A stretch of DNA of 32,000 nucleotides from Candidatus Thorarchaeota archaeon (lineage in GTDB: Archaea; Asgardarchaeota; Thorarchaeia; Thorarchaeales; Thorarchaeaceae), in contig SHMX01000004.1 in NCBI GenBank assembly GCA_008080745.1, positions 240,001-272,000 of the forward strand, given 5' to 3'. Below are positions 1 through 9,900 of the stretch, piece after piece (positions within the stretch are counted from its first letter, which is position 1; every line of letters starts with the position of its first letter). The notes beneath the pieces are model-generated. The model ran no database searches, had not been told where the DNA came from, and worked only from the letters and a program-made list of their open reading frames with translations. Both the position numbers and the translations under genes were made by a program.

Positions 1-3000
1 TGAGAATGATTTTTCCCCCTCCCCAAGCACCAGATTTGATGATGGTGCCGTTCCATTCTATCTCATAGGAGTCCGGATATTCATCCTCTGGTGTCCATAC
101 TACATAGTGCCCTTCAGTTCCGTATATGTAACTGATATCAGCTGGACTATCGATGGTGGGAGACACGTCATCATTAATCACTCTGACGCGTACAGAATCG
201 GTATCAGCATTACCGTCTAGGTCTCGAATCTCCATGATAAAGAGGTATTCTCCCTCTGCCATACCGTCGATATTGACTGATAGAATACCAGCATTCCACG
301 TGCCAGTTTCATACTCTTCACCATCTCGGATTAGGATGTATTCTCCTGGATGAAGGTCTGATACCTCCCATTCCAAAGTCTGCCCCGAACCATCGACAAA
401 AGCATACTGGTTAGGCAAATCTTCTATCTCTGGAGGTGTGTCATCATATACGTGGATAAGTACGGTATCATTTACAGAGTGTTGATCAACATCCCAAACT
501 GTCACAACCACTGTATGATCGCCATAAGCGAGTCCGTCAATATTTACTTCAATGCTATCGAAGTTCCAAACTCCCGATAATGTGACTACTCCGTCAATTG
601 TGACCTCCCAGTCACGCAGAGAGTTATCCAGAGGATACCATGTGATGGTATTTCCTGTAGACCCTTCAGCATAGTAGATATCCATGGGTGAATTGATGAT
701 TGGCTCAGTTACCATAAACAACATTGGATATCTGTCATCTGAAACTCCTCCATTGACCTCGTATGGTGGATTACCATCATAAGGATACCACCAATTTCCG
801 GTATCAATGTTGTCATCCCAGAATTTGGCAGAGTTATCATAACCATTTCCAGCCGCGTTAAGATAGAATTCGTTGTAATGTATCTCATCACCTATGGAAG
901 ATGTTAGGTATACCCCGTATTGATGATTCCAGCGAATCGTATTGTTAGTGATAGTCCAATAGTCCCCGCCCGATACTCTGATACCATAGTTGTTCTCTTC
1001 AATGAGACTCAATGTCACATTGATATAATCATCACTACTTGTGTATCCGTAAATACCATAGGTAGAACAATACCTTATTTCATTATTCACAATATCTATC
1101 TCAGATGAGCTTTGAAGATATATTCCATAGGTTGCATTCTGGATAAGTCCATCTTGGATAGTGATATTATCACTGTTGTAGATGTAGAGAGCTCTATCTT
1201 CGTTGTTCATAAAAGCGCTTTCTGATACTGTGACATTTTCCATTTGCATTAGATATGCCCCAGAGGTGAAGTAAGACGCATCAAATTCATGAATGGAACC
1301 ATTAAATGATGTAACTGCATACATTCCTAATCCAGAACTTGCATCACCAATTGCAGTGATATTATCCAGATGAAAATCAATGATTGAAATCAGCGTTATT
1401 GCCTGATAGAGTATTGGACCATAAACCTCAATATCAGATATCATTAAACCTGTAATATTGTAAGCAAGAATTCCAACTGTAATATCTGAATATTCCATTC
1501 CTGAAATCAGAATGTTAGAGCCCATTGCAATACCTACCGGTAAAGTATTTCTGGATAGCACTCCACCTGTAATATCTGAATTCGTGCAATTTACTAGGAA
1601 TATCTGTCCATAGTCACTTCCATCTATATTCAAGTTATTTTGCTCAAACGCATAGTAATAGGGGAGCCCATTCACGTAATTATTTGATACTGTATTATCG
1701 TAGTACTGACCATTGGTATATAATTCGTAAATGAAACCACAATCTGTCAAGTTGTTTCCAGTTATTGTTGAGTTTTGGATTCGGTCAAAGTAAACTCCAT
1801 ATTCACAATAGCTATCTATTATGTTATCGATGAAGTCTAAATAGTCACTGGAGTATATTTCCACAGCAGAATAACTTCCGTCTATCAGTGCATTCGAATC
1901 TACAACAGTATTTACAGTGGTATCAACAGCTAATAGAGTATACGAGTCAATGAACATATTATTGTATATCGTGGAATTATCTCCATTATCAAGATAGAAT
2001 GAATAGCTGGTAGTTTCGGTAATATTGTTATGTGCAAAGTATCCGTTCGAGTGTAATGTTGAATAGATACCATATCCATCTATGTTACTAATTGTGTTTC
2101 CAGTAACGGTGTGATTGTCTCCCTGAGTGATGTATATTCCATGCGAATCTGTATCAGATATGATATTACCAGATACGGTCCAATTCTCGACTGTTGAAAA
2201 TTCTATGCCCGTATCTCCTGAAATGATAGTATTGTTAATCATGGCTGCATTGTGTGTAGCCCCCAATGATATACCATCATCAACAGAATCCAGAATGGTG
2301 TTATGTGAGATCTCCACTCCTGGAGAGTTCCATACTCGAATTCCATCTGCACTCGCTTCACTGATATGATTACCACTTAGGAGAATATTTTCCGTACTGA
2401 ATACATATATCCCATAATTTGTAGAATCTGCAATTTCATTATTTAGAACTAGAATATCGATTGAATTACCAATTCTTATGCCATATGAATCACTTTCATC
2501 AATGATGTTTCCAGTTACATTCGTTCTGTCACCGTCAACTATGTAGATTCCATATCCTCCTGCAAATGGTATGTGATTATCTGATACTAAACTGTCATTA
2601 CAGGTGTCTAGGTTAATTGAATCCCCTGTTTGGGACTCGACTATCGAACCCGTGATTATCACGTTTGGAGTATTGTCAAATTCCATTCCGTACGTTCCAT
2701 CGCTGATAATGTCACAATCTGAACAATTCACGTCAGAACTTGAACTGAACTCGATACCATTTATGAAGGAGGATCTTACTATTACCCCCTGCAAATTCAC
2801 AGTATGGCAATTTGCCATAGCAATTCCTCTCATTCCGTCAATAATCCGGTCTCCATTAAATGAACTAACGTTACAGTTATCAAAATCAACTACATTTAAT
2901 GCCAGTGCACAACTGATATCGTTGTGACTCATTGAAAGATTTGTACAGTTTACTCCGGTAAATGTCTTATTGTCAAGTGTGTGTAATCTGTTATTTTCAA

Positions 3001-3526
3001 TATCGATACCGGTTGAAGTTATTAATTGTAATGAAATCTCCTCACTTTCAATATCACAATCAGAAATATCGGTGTTATCTGCATTATTTAGGACAACTCC
3101 GTTGTCTTCTGAAAATATTGTCAGGTATTCAATTGTAGCATGGGTAGTATTCACTATTTCAATTGCATCTGTATTAGATAGTTGGTTAATGTAACAATCT
3201 CGAATGATGAAATATGCATCTGTATTTATGATTCTAATACCAGTTGTATCCACATCATACGTTATGTTTAGAGCTTCAATCAGATACGGGTTTCCTTGAG
3301 TCCCTGAACCAGGCCATCCTTGGTCCGTCCAATCAGAGGCTTCATCAATCAATATTGGTACATGATCTGTGTGGTCCTCAGGATCTAATCGTGTACCTTG
3401 GTCTTGTGTTATAATTGATGTCTTTTCAAAAATTTCAGAATTAGTAGTAACTGGTGCGTTTGCTATCACTAACATAGGTGAAACTAGCATTAGCACAACA
3501 AGAAACGTTAGCGGGCTTTTCTTCAT
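1..3526 (-). CDS. Large cell-surface protein with right-handed parallel beta-helix (NosD/CASH-type) repeats and Ig-like repeats; 3' end truncated by the window edge; paralog of 3702..7448
   Basis: Not in the ORF track because there is no stop codon inside the window. ATG at 3526..3524 is preceded by SD GGTGAGGGAG. I read the frame codon by codon to position 2 and found no stop (1175 codons). It starts MKKSPLTFLVVLMLVSPMLVIANA (signal peptide), has many 'GIxI..S.N..I.GN.I' beta-helix repeats, then GNWWYP..DRYPM and Ig-like repeats, and ends ..KSGAWGGGKIIL at the edge. Confidence 0.93.
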   Translation of the reverse strand, partial: MKKSPLTFLVVLMLVSPMLVIANAPVTTNSEIFEKTSIITQDQGTRLDPEDHTDHVPILIDEASDWTDQGWPGSGTQGNPYLIEALNITYDVDTTGIRIINTDAYFIIRDCYINQLSNTDAIEIVNTTHATIEYLTIFSEDNGVVLNNADNTDISDCDIESEEISLQLITSTGIDIENNRLHTLDNKTFTGVNCTNLSMSHNDISCALALNVVDFDNCNVSSFNGDRIIDGMRGIAMANCHTVNLQGVIVRSSFINGIEFSSSSDVNCSDCDIISDGTYGMEFDNTPNVIITGSIVESQTGDSINLDTCNDSLVSDNHIPFAGGYGIYIVDGDRTNVTGNIIDESDSYGIRIGNSIDILVLNNEIADSTNYGIYVFSTENILLSGNHISEASADGIRVWNSPGVEISHNTILDSVDDGISLGATHNAAMINNTIISGDTGIEFSTVENWTVSGNIISDTDSHGIYITQGDNHTVTGNTISNIDGYGIYSTLHSNGYFAHNNITETTSYSFYLDNGDNSTIYNNMFIDSYTLLAVDTTVNTVVDSNALIDGSYSAVEIYSSDYLDFIDNIIDSYCEYGVYFDRIQNSTITGNNLTDCGFIYELYTNGQYYDNTVSNNYVNGLPYYYAFEQNNLNIDGSDYGQIFLVNCTNSDITGGVLSRNTLPVGIAMGSNILISGMEYSDITVGILAYNITGLMISDIEVYGPILYQAITLISIIDFHLDNITAIGDASSGLGMYAVTSFNGSIHEFDASYFTSGAYLMQMENVTVSESAFMNNEDRALYIYNSDNITIQDGLIQNATYGIYLQSSSEIDIVNNEIRYCSTYGIYGYTSSDDYINVTLSLIEENNYGIRVSGGDYWTITNNTIRWNHQYGVYLTSSIGDEIHYNEFYLNAAGNGYDNSAKFWDDNIDTGNWWYPYDGNPPYEVNGGVSDDRYPMLFMVTEPIINSPMDIYYAEGSTGNTITWYPLDNSLRDWEVTIDGVVTLSGVWNFDSIEVNIDGLAYGDHTVVVTVWDVDQHSVNDTVLIHVYDDTPPEIEDLPNQYAFVDGSGQTLEWEVSDLHPGEYILIRDGEEYETGTWNAGILSVNIDGMAEGEYLFIMEIRDLDGNADTDSVRVRVINDDVSPTIDSPADISYIYGTEGHYVVWTPEDEYPDSYEIEWNGTIIKSGAWGGGKIIL

Positions 3527-3673
3527 ATCTCCCTCACCATCGAATTTTGCTGACAGACTATGTGATTTGATTCTTGTTTTATTCAAACCTCTAGTCTCTC
3601 AAACAAAGGTGGTTTACTCATTAATCATTACATTAAATGATATAATAGTTGGCCCAAAATAAAAAATAATAGA

Positions 3674-3699
3674 AAATGAGGGTAAGAATACCCTCATTT
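3674..3699 (-). terminator. Hairpin plus U-rich tract downstream of 3702..7448
   Basis: 11-bp perfect inverted repeat AAATGAGGGTA-agaa-TACCCTCATTT, 2 nt after the stop codon; on the minus strand it is followed by TCTATTATTTTTTATTTT. Confidence 0.7.
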
Positions 3700-3701
3700 C
3701 T

Positions 3702-6700
3702 TCATGTTGCCTTTTTCTTCCGATAATACAATACTGCTGTAATAATGATGATTACACCACCGACACCGGCACCTATAATGAGTAGGAACACCCAGTCCAG
3801 TAGTGGAGTTGTTTCTCCGAAAGATAGAACAGTAACATTAACTGAATCTGAGGCAGTTCTGCCACTTCCATCATAGACCGTGAGAGTTAGCTGATATTCA
3901 CCAGGCATGAAATCATCAACATTCAGGATGATTTTCCCTCCACCCCATGGACCTGACTTCACAATAGTCCCATTCCATTCGACTTGATATGATGCTGGAT
4001 ACTCATCATCAGGAGACCAAGAAATATGGTTGCCTTCTGTACCATATATGAAAATGAGATCATCAGGACTATCAATGGTTGGTGATATATCATCATCAAT
4101 GACTCGAACTCGAACACTATCAGATGCCAAATTTCCATCGAGGTCTCGAATCTCAATAACAAAAAGATACTCACCCTCGACTAGTCCGTCAATGTTTACC
4201 GATAAAGTTCCTGATGTCCAAGATCCAGTCTCATATTCTTCTCCATCTAGGAAAACAGTATATTCGCTTGGATGCAGGTCTTGGACTTCCCAAGACAACT
4301 CTTGACCTGTTCCATCTTCAAAAGCGATAGTGTTTGGAGTGTCACTAATAATAGGATCTATGTCGTCAAAGACATGGATTAGTACTGTATCATTAACAGA
4401 ATTTTGGTCCACATCCCAGACTGTTATCACAAAGGTATGAACACCGTATGATAAACCATCGATTGATATCTCGATAACATCATATTCCCAGACTCCGGAG
4501 TCCCACACCTTACCATCAATTGTGACTTCCCAATCCCGTAGTTCATTGTCGTGAGGATGGAATCTCAAAACATTTCCTGTGGAGAATTCTGCATAATACA
4601 CATTTTCAGGACTGTTAATGATTGGTTGATCAACCATGAATATCATTGGGTACCGATCTTCTGATGTTCCTCCAACAATGTCATCATAAGGTGCTGTTCC
4701 ATCAAACGGGTACCACCAATTGCCAGTATCAACTCCATCATCCCAGAATCTATTGCCATTATCATATCCATCTCCAACAAAATTGAGATAGATCTCGTTG
4801 TAGGAAACAACAATCGTGGTAATATCCATGAGATACAAACCATATTGATAATTCCAACGTAGAGTGTTATTTGTTGCAGTCCAGTCTTCCGAGTTGAATA
4901 CATACAATCCATATTCATTAGACTCTGCTATATTCAAAGTCACATTTCCATCATCCGTTCCTAATATGTGAATTCCCGCTTCAGTACAATATCTTACTTC
5001 GTTGTTGGTGATTGAACCATTGTTTGAATTTGAGAAGAAAATACCTCGAGTTGCATTCTCAATCACCACATTGCAAATGAAAATATGTGAAGACTCAGAA
5101 CTTTGAATGCCATAGGTTGTTGCGTTTCTAATATCGAAGCTATCTACAGTGACATTAGTAGACTGTGATACTGTAATTCCTAATTCACAGTCTGTAATAG
5201 AGCCTCCAGATATTGTTCCATTTGACGAAACATCTACTAGTATAGCATAACCATCAGGTAAATTCATTGCAGTGAGTTCACTAATTTCAAAGTCGATTAC
5301 TTCCGAAATGATGATTCCTCTCCAATGTGGGTTATCTTGGATAGAACAATTGCTGATTTCTATATCGTAACAATGGTAGGACTTGATTCCATATATGTTG
5401 GACATACTTTGAACATTCGATATTTGTGTATCATTGGAGTAATACACCATAATGGGAACTCCAACTGTGTCGAAAATGCCCCCGTTGATTGTCCACCCAC
5501 TTGAATTAACAATGAATATCTGACCAAAGGATGTGCCATCAATAGATCCTCCACCTAATTGATTCACTACATAGTGAAATGGTAGTCCATTTATTGTGTT
5601 TGATGAAAATGTATGTACATAATGGTCCAATATCCCTCCCCCTCCAAAATTGAAACCAGTATTATTGAACACATTATTAGTAAATGTTCCATTTTGGATA
5701 TGACCGAAATAGCATCCGTAATCGGAAGGTCCTACTAATTCATTATCTGAGAAAACGAGATTTTGAACGGAAAGTAAAAATGTGGTATATTTTAGAGAAT
5801 CAATAATCAGATTGTTGGTTACTGTTGCGTTTTGAATAGCCAATAGAGTGATTGATTCCTCAGCTTCTCGGATTTCATTATCAGAAATATCAACATTATC
5901 ACATAGAAACAAATCGCAAGGCCGATCGGTGACCTCAATTATTGTGTTATTTTGGATTTCCATGTAGTTACAGAAACTCGCGTATATACCATCTTCTACG
6001 TCTGTTATATAGCAATCATTGATAACCGAATTATCGGTCCCGGCTAACTTTATTGCTCTATTACTTACCTCCTCAATTGTGTTCTCTGATATTGATGTGA
6101 AATCAGAACTGATTAGATGAATTCCTTCCAGAACTTCCGAAATCGTGTTTCTAACAATGTTTCCGTTAGAACTTGAATCTAGCAAAATTCCTGTCTGCGA
6201 AATCTGAGCAATATTATTCTCGAAAATGTTGGCATTACTTGTGTTAGCTATATCAATGCCCTGAAGTAAGAAGTCAGAAATTGCATTGTCTTCTATATGA
6301 GTGCCATTACTAGCATCTACAATAATTCCACTTTCAGAACCTAAATGAAATGTGTTGTTAGCTACCAGGGCATCCTCTGCATTAACCAATTGGAGCGCTG
6401 ATTGTGTAGTGTTTTCAATAGAATTATTCATAATTTCGGTTTCGTTGCTATTATTCACAATAATTCCATTTGTCAGAATATCATGAATGTCATTGTATGC
6501 TATTACAGAATAATTAGATGATTCTAGGAATAATCCATATAGATTTGAACTTGTAATATCGCAATATCGAATTTCTGATTGAAAACAGTTATCTATATAC
6601 ATACCTCCAGAACTTGCTCCTTTGACTATACAACCGTCTAACAACAAATTTGGACAAAATTGTGCAACGAATCCGAATTCAGAATCAGGAACTAATACAG

Positions 6701-7448
6701 AATTCAGAACTGCAGCATTCTCACAATTTCCAAGATAGATTGCGTAACGTCCATCGTATACTTTACACTCCGAGATAAGAATCGAGTCAGAATGGTCTAT
6801 TCTTACATTAAACCACATTGCAGCCTGAGTTATCGTTACTGATCGGTTAATAGTTAGACCATTACAATAATCTGCAGTAATCGCTCTATGAGTTTCTGAA
6901 AATACTCGATTATCAGCTATCACACAATCAACTGAACTTTGCATATAGATCGATCTGTGGTTTGTTTCGAAATCGCAATTTGAAATATTTGTATTGTTAG
7001 CATTAGTGTTATGAATTCCACTATTATCAGAAATAATGGTTAAGTATTCAACTGTGGCGTGGGTCGTGTTAATCAAACGAATTGCAGGCTGTGCTGATTG
7101 TTGGTACAGGAAACAATCACGGATCACAAAGTATGAATCAACATCTGTAATTTCAATACATGCAACACTTGCGTCATAAGTAATATTGAGACCTTCAATG
7201 ATGTATGGGCTAGCGATGGTGCCTGCTCCTGGCCAACCTTGACTAGACCAATCAGAAGGTTGGTCAATTAGAATTGGAACATGACTCGTATGTTCCTCAG
7301 GAGACAGACGAGTTCCTGAGTCATCTGCAACTTGTGATATAGTTGCAGGATTTTCGAAAGTATCTATCATTCCGGGTGAATTTGTCAAACCAATAATTGG
7401 TTGAAATAGCATGAAAACGATTAGTACAGAGAGTGCGGCTTTTCTCAT
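3702..7448 (-). CDS. Large cell-surface protein: signal peptide, parallel beta-helix (NosD/CASH-type) repeats, three Ig-like repeats, C-terminal TM anchor
   Basis: 1248 aa with SD GAGGAGG. N-terminal hydrophobic signal, Asn/Ile/Ser-rich ~22-aa beta-helix repeats, three 'P.I.SP.D..Y..G.TG...W...D..P..Y....DG....G.W....I....DGL..G.Y.F.I.V.D..GN...D.V.V.V' units, a TM helix (WVFLLIIGAGVGGVIIIITAVLYY) and a basic tail RKKKAT. Confidence 0.92.
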   Translation of the reverse strand: MRKAALSVLIVFMLFQPIIGLTNSPGMIDTFENPATISQVADDSGTRLSPEEHTSHVPILIDQPSDWSSQGWPGAGTIASPYIIEGLNITYDASVACIEITDVDSYFVIRDCFLYQQSAQPAIRLINTTHATVEYLTIISDNSGIHNTNANNTNISNCDFETNHRSIYMQSSVDCVIADNRVFSETHRAITADYCNGLTINRSVTITQAAMWFNVRIDHSDSILISECKVYDGRYAIYLGNCENAAVLNSVLVPDSEFGFVAQFCPNLLLDGCIVKGASSGGMYIDNCFQSEIRYCDITSSNLYGLFLESSNYSVIAYNDIHDILTNGIIVNNSNETEIMNNSIENTTQSALQLVNAEDALVANNTFHLGSESGIIVDASNGTHIEDNAISDFLLQGIDIANTSNANIFENNIAQISQTGILLDSSSNGNIVRNTISEVLEGIHLISSDFTSISENTIEEVSNRAIKLAGTDNSVINDCYITDVEDGIYASFCNYMEIQNNTIIEVTDRPCDLFLCDNVDISDNEIREAEESITLLAIQNATVTNNLIIDSLKYTTFLLSVQNLVFSDNELVGPSDYGCYFGHIQNGTFTNNVFNNTGFNFGGGGILDHYVHTFSSNTINGLPFHYVVNQLGGGSIDGTSFGQIFIVNSSGWTINGGIFDTVGVPIMVYYSNDTQISNVQSMSNIYGIKSYHCYDIEISNCSIQDNPHWRGIIISEVIDFEISELTAMNLPDGYAILVDVSSNGTISGGSITDCELGITVSQSTNVTVDSFDIRNATTYGIQSSESSHIFICNVVIENATRGIFFSNSNNGSITNNEVRYCTEAGIHILGTDDGNVTLNIAESNEYGLYVFNSEDWTATNNTLRWNYQYGLYLMDITTIVVSYNEIYLNFVGDGYDNGNRFWDDGVDTGNWWYPFDGTAPYDDIVGGTSEDRYPMIFMVDQPIINSPENVYYAEFSTGNVLRFHPHDNELRDWEVTIDGKVWDSGVWEYDVIEISIDGLSYGVHTFVITVWDVDQNSVNDTVLIHVFDDIDPIISDTPNTIAFEDGTGQELSWEVQDLHPSEYTVFLDGEEYETGSWTSGTLSVNIDGLVEGEYLFVIEIRDLDGNLASDSVRVRVIDDDISPTIDSPDDLIFIYGTEGNHISWSPDDEYPASYQVEWNGTIVKSGPWGGGKIILNVDDFMPGEYQLTLTVYDGSGRTASDSVNVTVLSFGETTPLLDWVFLLIIGAGVGGVIIIITAVLYYRKKKAT

Positions 7449-7638
7449 TATTTTTCCTCCTCATTCATATGAATTTTTACGGTTCAGAACACTTTGCAGA
7501 AACTGAAGATATCTATCAGTCATCTTATTTCCTATCATCATACAGATTGATGATTGGCGTGACGAGTGGTCCTAACTTCTTCTAAGCATTTTCCACTCAA
7601 TGCTTAATAAATATCTGCTATAATTGAAGGTTACCTTT

Positions 7639-8670
7639 TTAGTATCCTCTTTCCAAGTCTACCATGTTTAGGAACTCATTTTTACCTCGGGCAAAACGTG
7701 AGATGTTCTCAATGACCTCGTTCCACCTTAGTAAATCATCCATAGGGGATGCTCCTCTATGAGGGGATAGTACAACATTATCTAATTCATGAAATGGATA
7801 TTCGTATGGGTATTTTCTGTCCTGTTCATCAGGCTCTGGTCTGTATTCATACCAGACATCAATAGCTGCTCCAGCTATTTCTTGATTGCTAAGGGCTTCA
7901 TACAAATCCTTCTGCACAATGACTGATCCTCTTGCCATGTTGACCAGTAAGCCCTCTTTGCTTAACAGGGCTAATTCCTGCTTTGCAATGAGTGCCTCCG
8001 TTTCTTTTGTCTGTGGTATAGCAATGATCAAGGTATCGATTTCTCTAAGAAATTCGTGTAATTGATTTTGTGTGTATTTGAAGATCTTAGTAGGAGTATT
8101 CAGAGATTTATCCCAACTTCTCTTTAGAACATGAAACTCCACATTGAACCCAGAGAGAAATCTATGAACTTTGTTGTTCACTGTTCCATATCCAAGAAGA
8201 CCAATTTTTCTGAATCTGATAGGTATGGATTTTGCATGGGAATCTCCTCTTCTCCAGAGTCCTTCTCTCATCCAGCGATCGTGTGGTATTATTTTATTTG
8301 AGAGAGCAAGCAGTAGTGCTACAGCGTGCTGTGCTGTAAAATATGAATTGCCATGCCCATTGACAAGAATGATATCTCTTGTTTTGCTGACTCTTCTGAA
8401 TTGATCAAGCAGATGTTGTACACCCGCACCTGGATTAATGTAAAGCTTCATTTTTTGTGCAGCTTCAAGCAGGTCATCTGAAGGTCTCCAACCTACAATG
8501 ATATCCGCATCAGGAGCATAATTAATGAATTCCTTCTCTGAGGCCTCGTCGGGAAATATGAGTGTAACATTTTCTACTTGCTCAAGTCCGCTCTCAAGAT
8601 ATTTTTTTAATCGTGTCGGAACATCCCAAATGAAGAGAACCGTAGTATCTCTAGATTCAACATTAACCAT
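7639..8670 (-). CDS. D-isomer-specific 2-hydroxyacid dehydrogenase family protein
   Basis: Motifs GAGVQH, TAQHAVALLLAL, IGLLGYG (Rossmann), LVNMARG (catalytic Arg), AAIDVW..PEP (Glu) and VVLSPHRG (His). Substrate cannot be assigned. Confidence 0.9.
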   Translation of the reverse strand: MVNVESRDTTVLFIWDVPTRLKKYLESGLEQVENVTLIFPDEASEKEFINYAPDADIIVGWRPSDDLLEAAQKMKLYINPGAGVQHLLDQFRRVSKTRDIILVNGHGNSYFTAQHAVALLLALSNKIIPHDRWMREGLWRRGDSHAKSIPIRFRKIGLLGYGTVNNKVHRFLSGFNVEFHVLKRSWDKSLNTPTKIFKYTQNQLHEFLREIDTLIIAIPQTKETEALIAKQELALLSKEGLLVNMARGSVIVQKDLYEALSNQEIAGAAIDVWYEYRPEPDEQDRKYPYEYPFHELDNVVLSPHRGASPMDDLLRWNEVIENISRFARGKNEFLNMVDLERGY

Positions 8671-8722
8671 AATTATTCAATACTGTCTATGGTTTATGAG
8701 ACCTTCTAAATTACAGTGTTGG

Positions 8723-9787
8723 TTATTGAAATATCTCCTTGATGCGTTGTCTAAATGGTTCGAAGGGTTGAAGTAGTGCAGCATCAGCTTTCAATTCTTG
8801 TCGATAGTTTGCTTCAAGTTCGAGTAAGGCGTTTCTTAGTCCTTGTCTGAAACTAGCAGTTTCTCTATTTACAATTAGAAGAACTGTACTGAGGTTTCCT
8901 GTTTCAACCAAAATCTTCACATCACCATGATCGATTCCATGTAGGTCTTTTGCACTGGCAAGCATCTCTTTCATCAAAGATAATATTCCAGACATGGCTG
9001 ACCCCATTAGTTCTTGATCAATTGCCTTATCATAATCCGAAAATCTGTGAGCTAGTAACAGATTTCCATCTTTATTGAGGACCAAGAAGTCTAGGGGTTT
9101 TGCCTCACTGATATACAGTAATTTGGGGTTTTTTGCCACAGAGATGGCAATAAGTAACATCCCAATACCATAAGGTATCGGCCATATTTCACCTAAAATA
9201 TCGGGCGAGCCAGGGATATTAGCCAAAATCACACCCAACGGACCCGCAGAAATCCAAACTAAGAATCCTATAAAATAAACACGAATTTGGAATTTTTGAT
9301 CACCCATATCTGCATGACGTGTTACTCGTAGTGCATATCTTACGATTTCGTAGATGAGGACTCCAAAAGCTATTGCTTCTATAAGTAACGGTATTAGAGT
9401 TGACCAATCCATACTCTCTATTTCGCCAATCAAAGCTCCTCCTGCAATAAAAGTGATAAAAAGAGCTCTTCTTGGAGGGGTTTCATATTGACTATACATT
9501 ATAGCAAAATACCAGAAGAGGAATCCACCCACAATAAAAAATGACAATAATAGATTTGATACCCATATCCGGTGAGAATCAAATTCCAATGCCCATCTTG
9601 TAAATGGTTCATAGGTGAAGTCTAGGAGCAAATCCACCATCATTCCGGTGAAACAGGCGATAGCAATAGAATAGAGTAATGTGGGGAGAAGTCTGTTTCT
9701 CCACCAGGATCGGACAATCATGATCATTGCTAAGGTGGAAACCACTGTTGAAGCAAATAGCATTAGGACAAATTCGGTGCTAGCCAT
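8723..9787 (-). CDS. Seven-TM membrane protein with C-terminal longin/roadblock-like domain
   Basis: Preferred start is ATG at 9787 (SD GAGGT); the track starts at GTG 9802. Seven hydrophobic segments lie in the first ~225 aa, followed by a soluble ~125-aa domain 'LDFLVLNKDGNLLL..DQELMGSAMSGILSLMKEML..IDHGDVKILVETG..VLLIVN..FRQGLRNALLELEANY' with the beta-beta-alpha-beta-beta-beta-alpha pattern of longin-like folds. Confidence 0.75.
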   Translation of the reverse strand: MASTEFVLMLFASTVVSTLAMIMIVRSWWRNRLLPTLLYSIAIACFTGMMVDLLLDFTYEPFTRWALEFDSHRIWVSNLLLSFFIVGGFLFWYFAIMYSQYETPPRRALFITFIAGGALIGEIESMDWSTLIPLLIEAIAFGVLIYEIVRYALRVTRHADMGDQKFQIRVYFIGFLVWISAGPLGVILANIPGSPDILGEIWPIPYGIGMLLIAISVAKNPKLLYISEAKPLDFLVLNKDGNLLLAHRFSDYDKAIDQELMGSAMSGILSLMKEMLASAKDLHGIDHGDVKILVETGNLSTVLLIVNRETASFRQGLRNALLELEANYRQELKADAALLQPFEPFRQRIKEIFQ

Positions 9788-9860
9788 AGCTCTGAACCTC
9801 ACTCAAAAATATAGGAGATACTATCCAATTTAAGTCGATTTTGGATGAAAGAAAAGCGGT

Positions 9861-9885
9861 ACGAGTTCCTCATCTCGGAACTCGT
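9861..9885 (-). terminator. Hairpin downstream of 9901..11487
   Basis: 9-bp inverted repeat ACGAGTTCC-tcatctc-GGAACTCGT, 15 nt after the stop codon; followed on the minus strand by ACCGCTTTTCTTTC. Confidence 0.55.
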
Positions 9886-9900
9886 TAGAAGGCATTAAAC

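Noticed and set aside
153-3662. Short track ORFs 153..353, 709..891, 920..1108, 2127..2369, 2604..2927, 2970..3194 and 3369..3662
   Set aside because: They are antisense or off-frame shadows of the long minus-strand CDS 3526..<1.
1-7448. NosD copper-delivery role in nitrous oxide reduction
   Set aside because: Only the generic beta-helix fold is shared; there are no nos genes nearby, and the size and anchoring fit surface proteins.
7463-7474. 12-bp palindrome ATTCATATGAAT, plus the inverted repeats 7534..7554 and 7583..7606
   Set aside because: Short and AT-rich, so expected by chance; they are not repeated upstream of the paralog.
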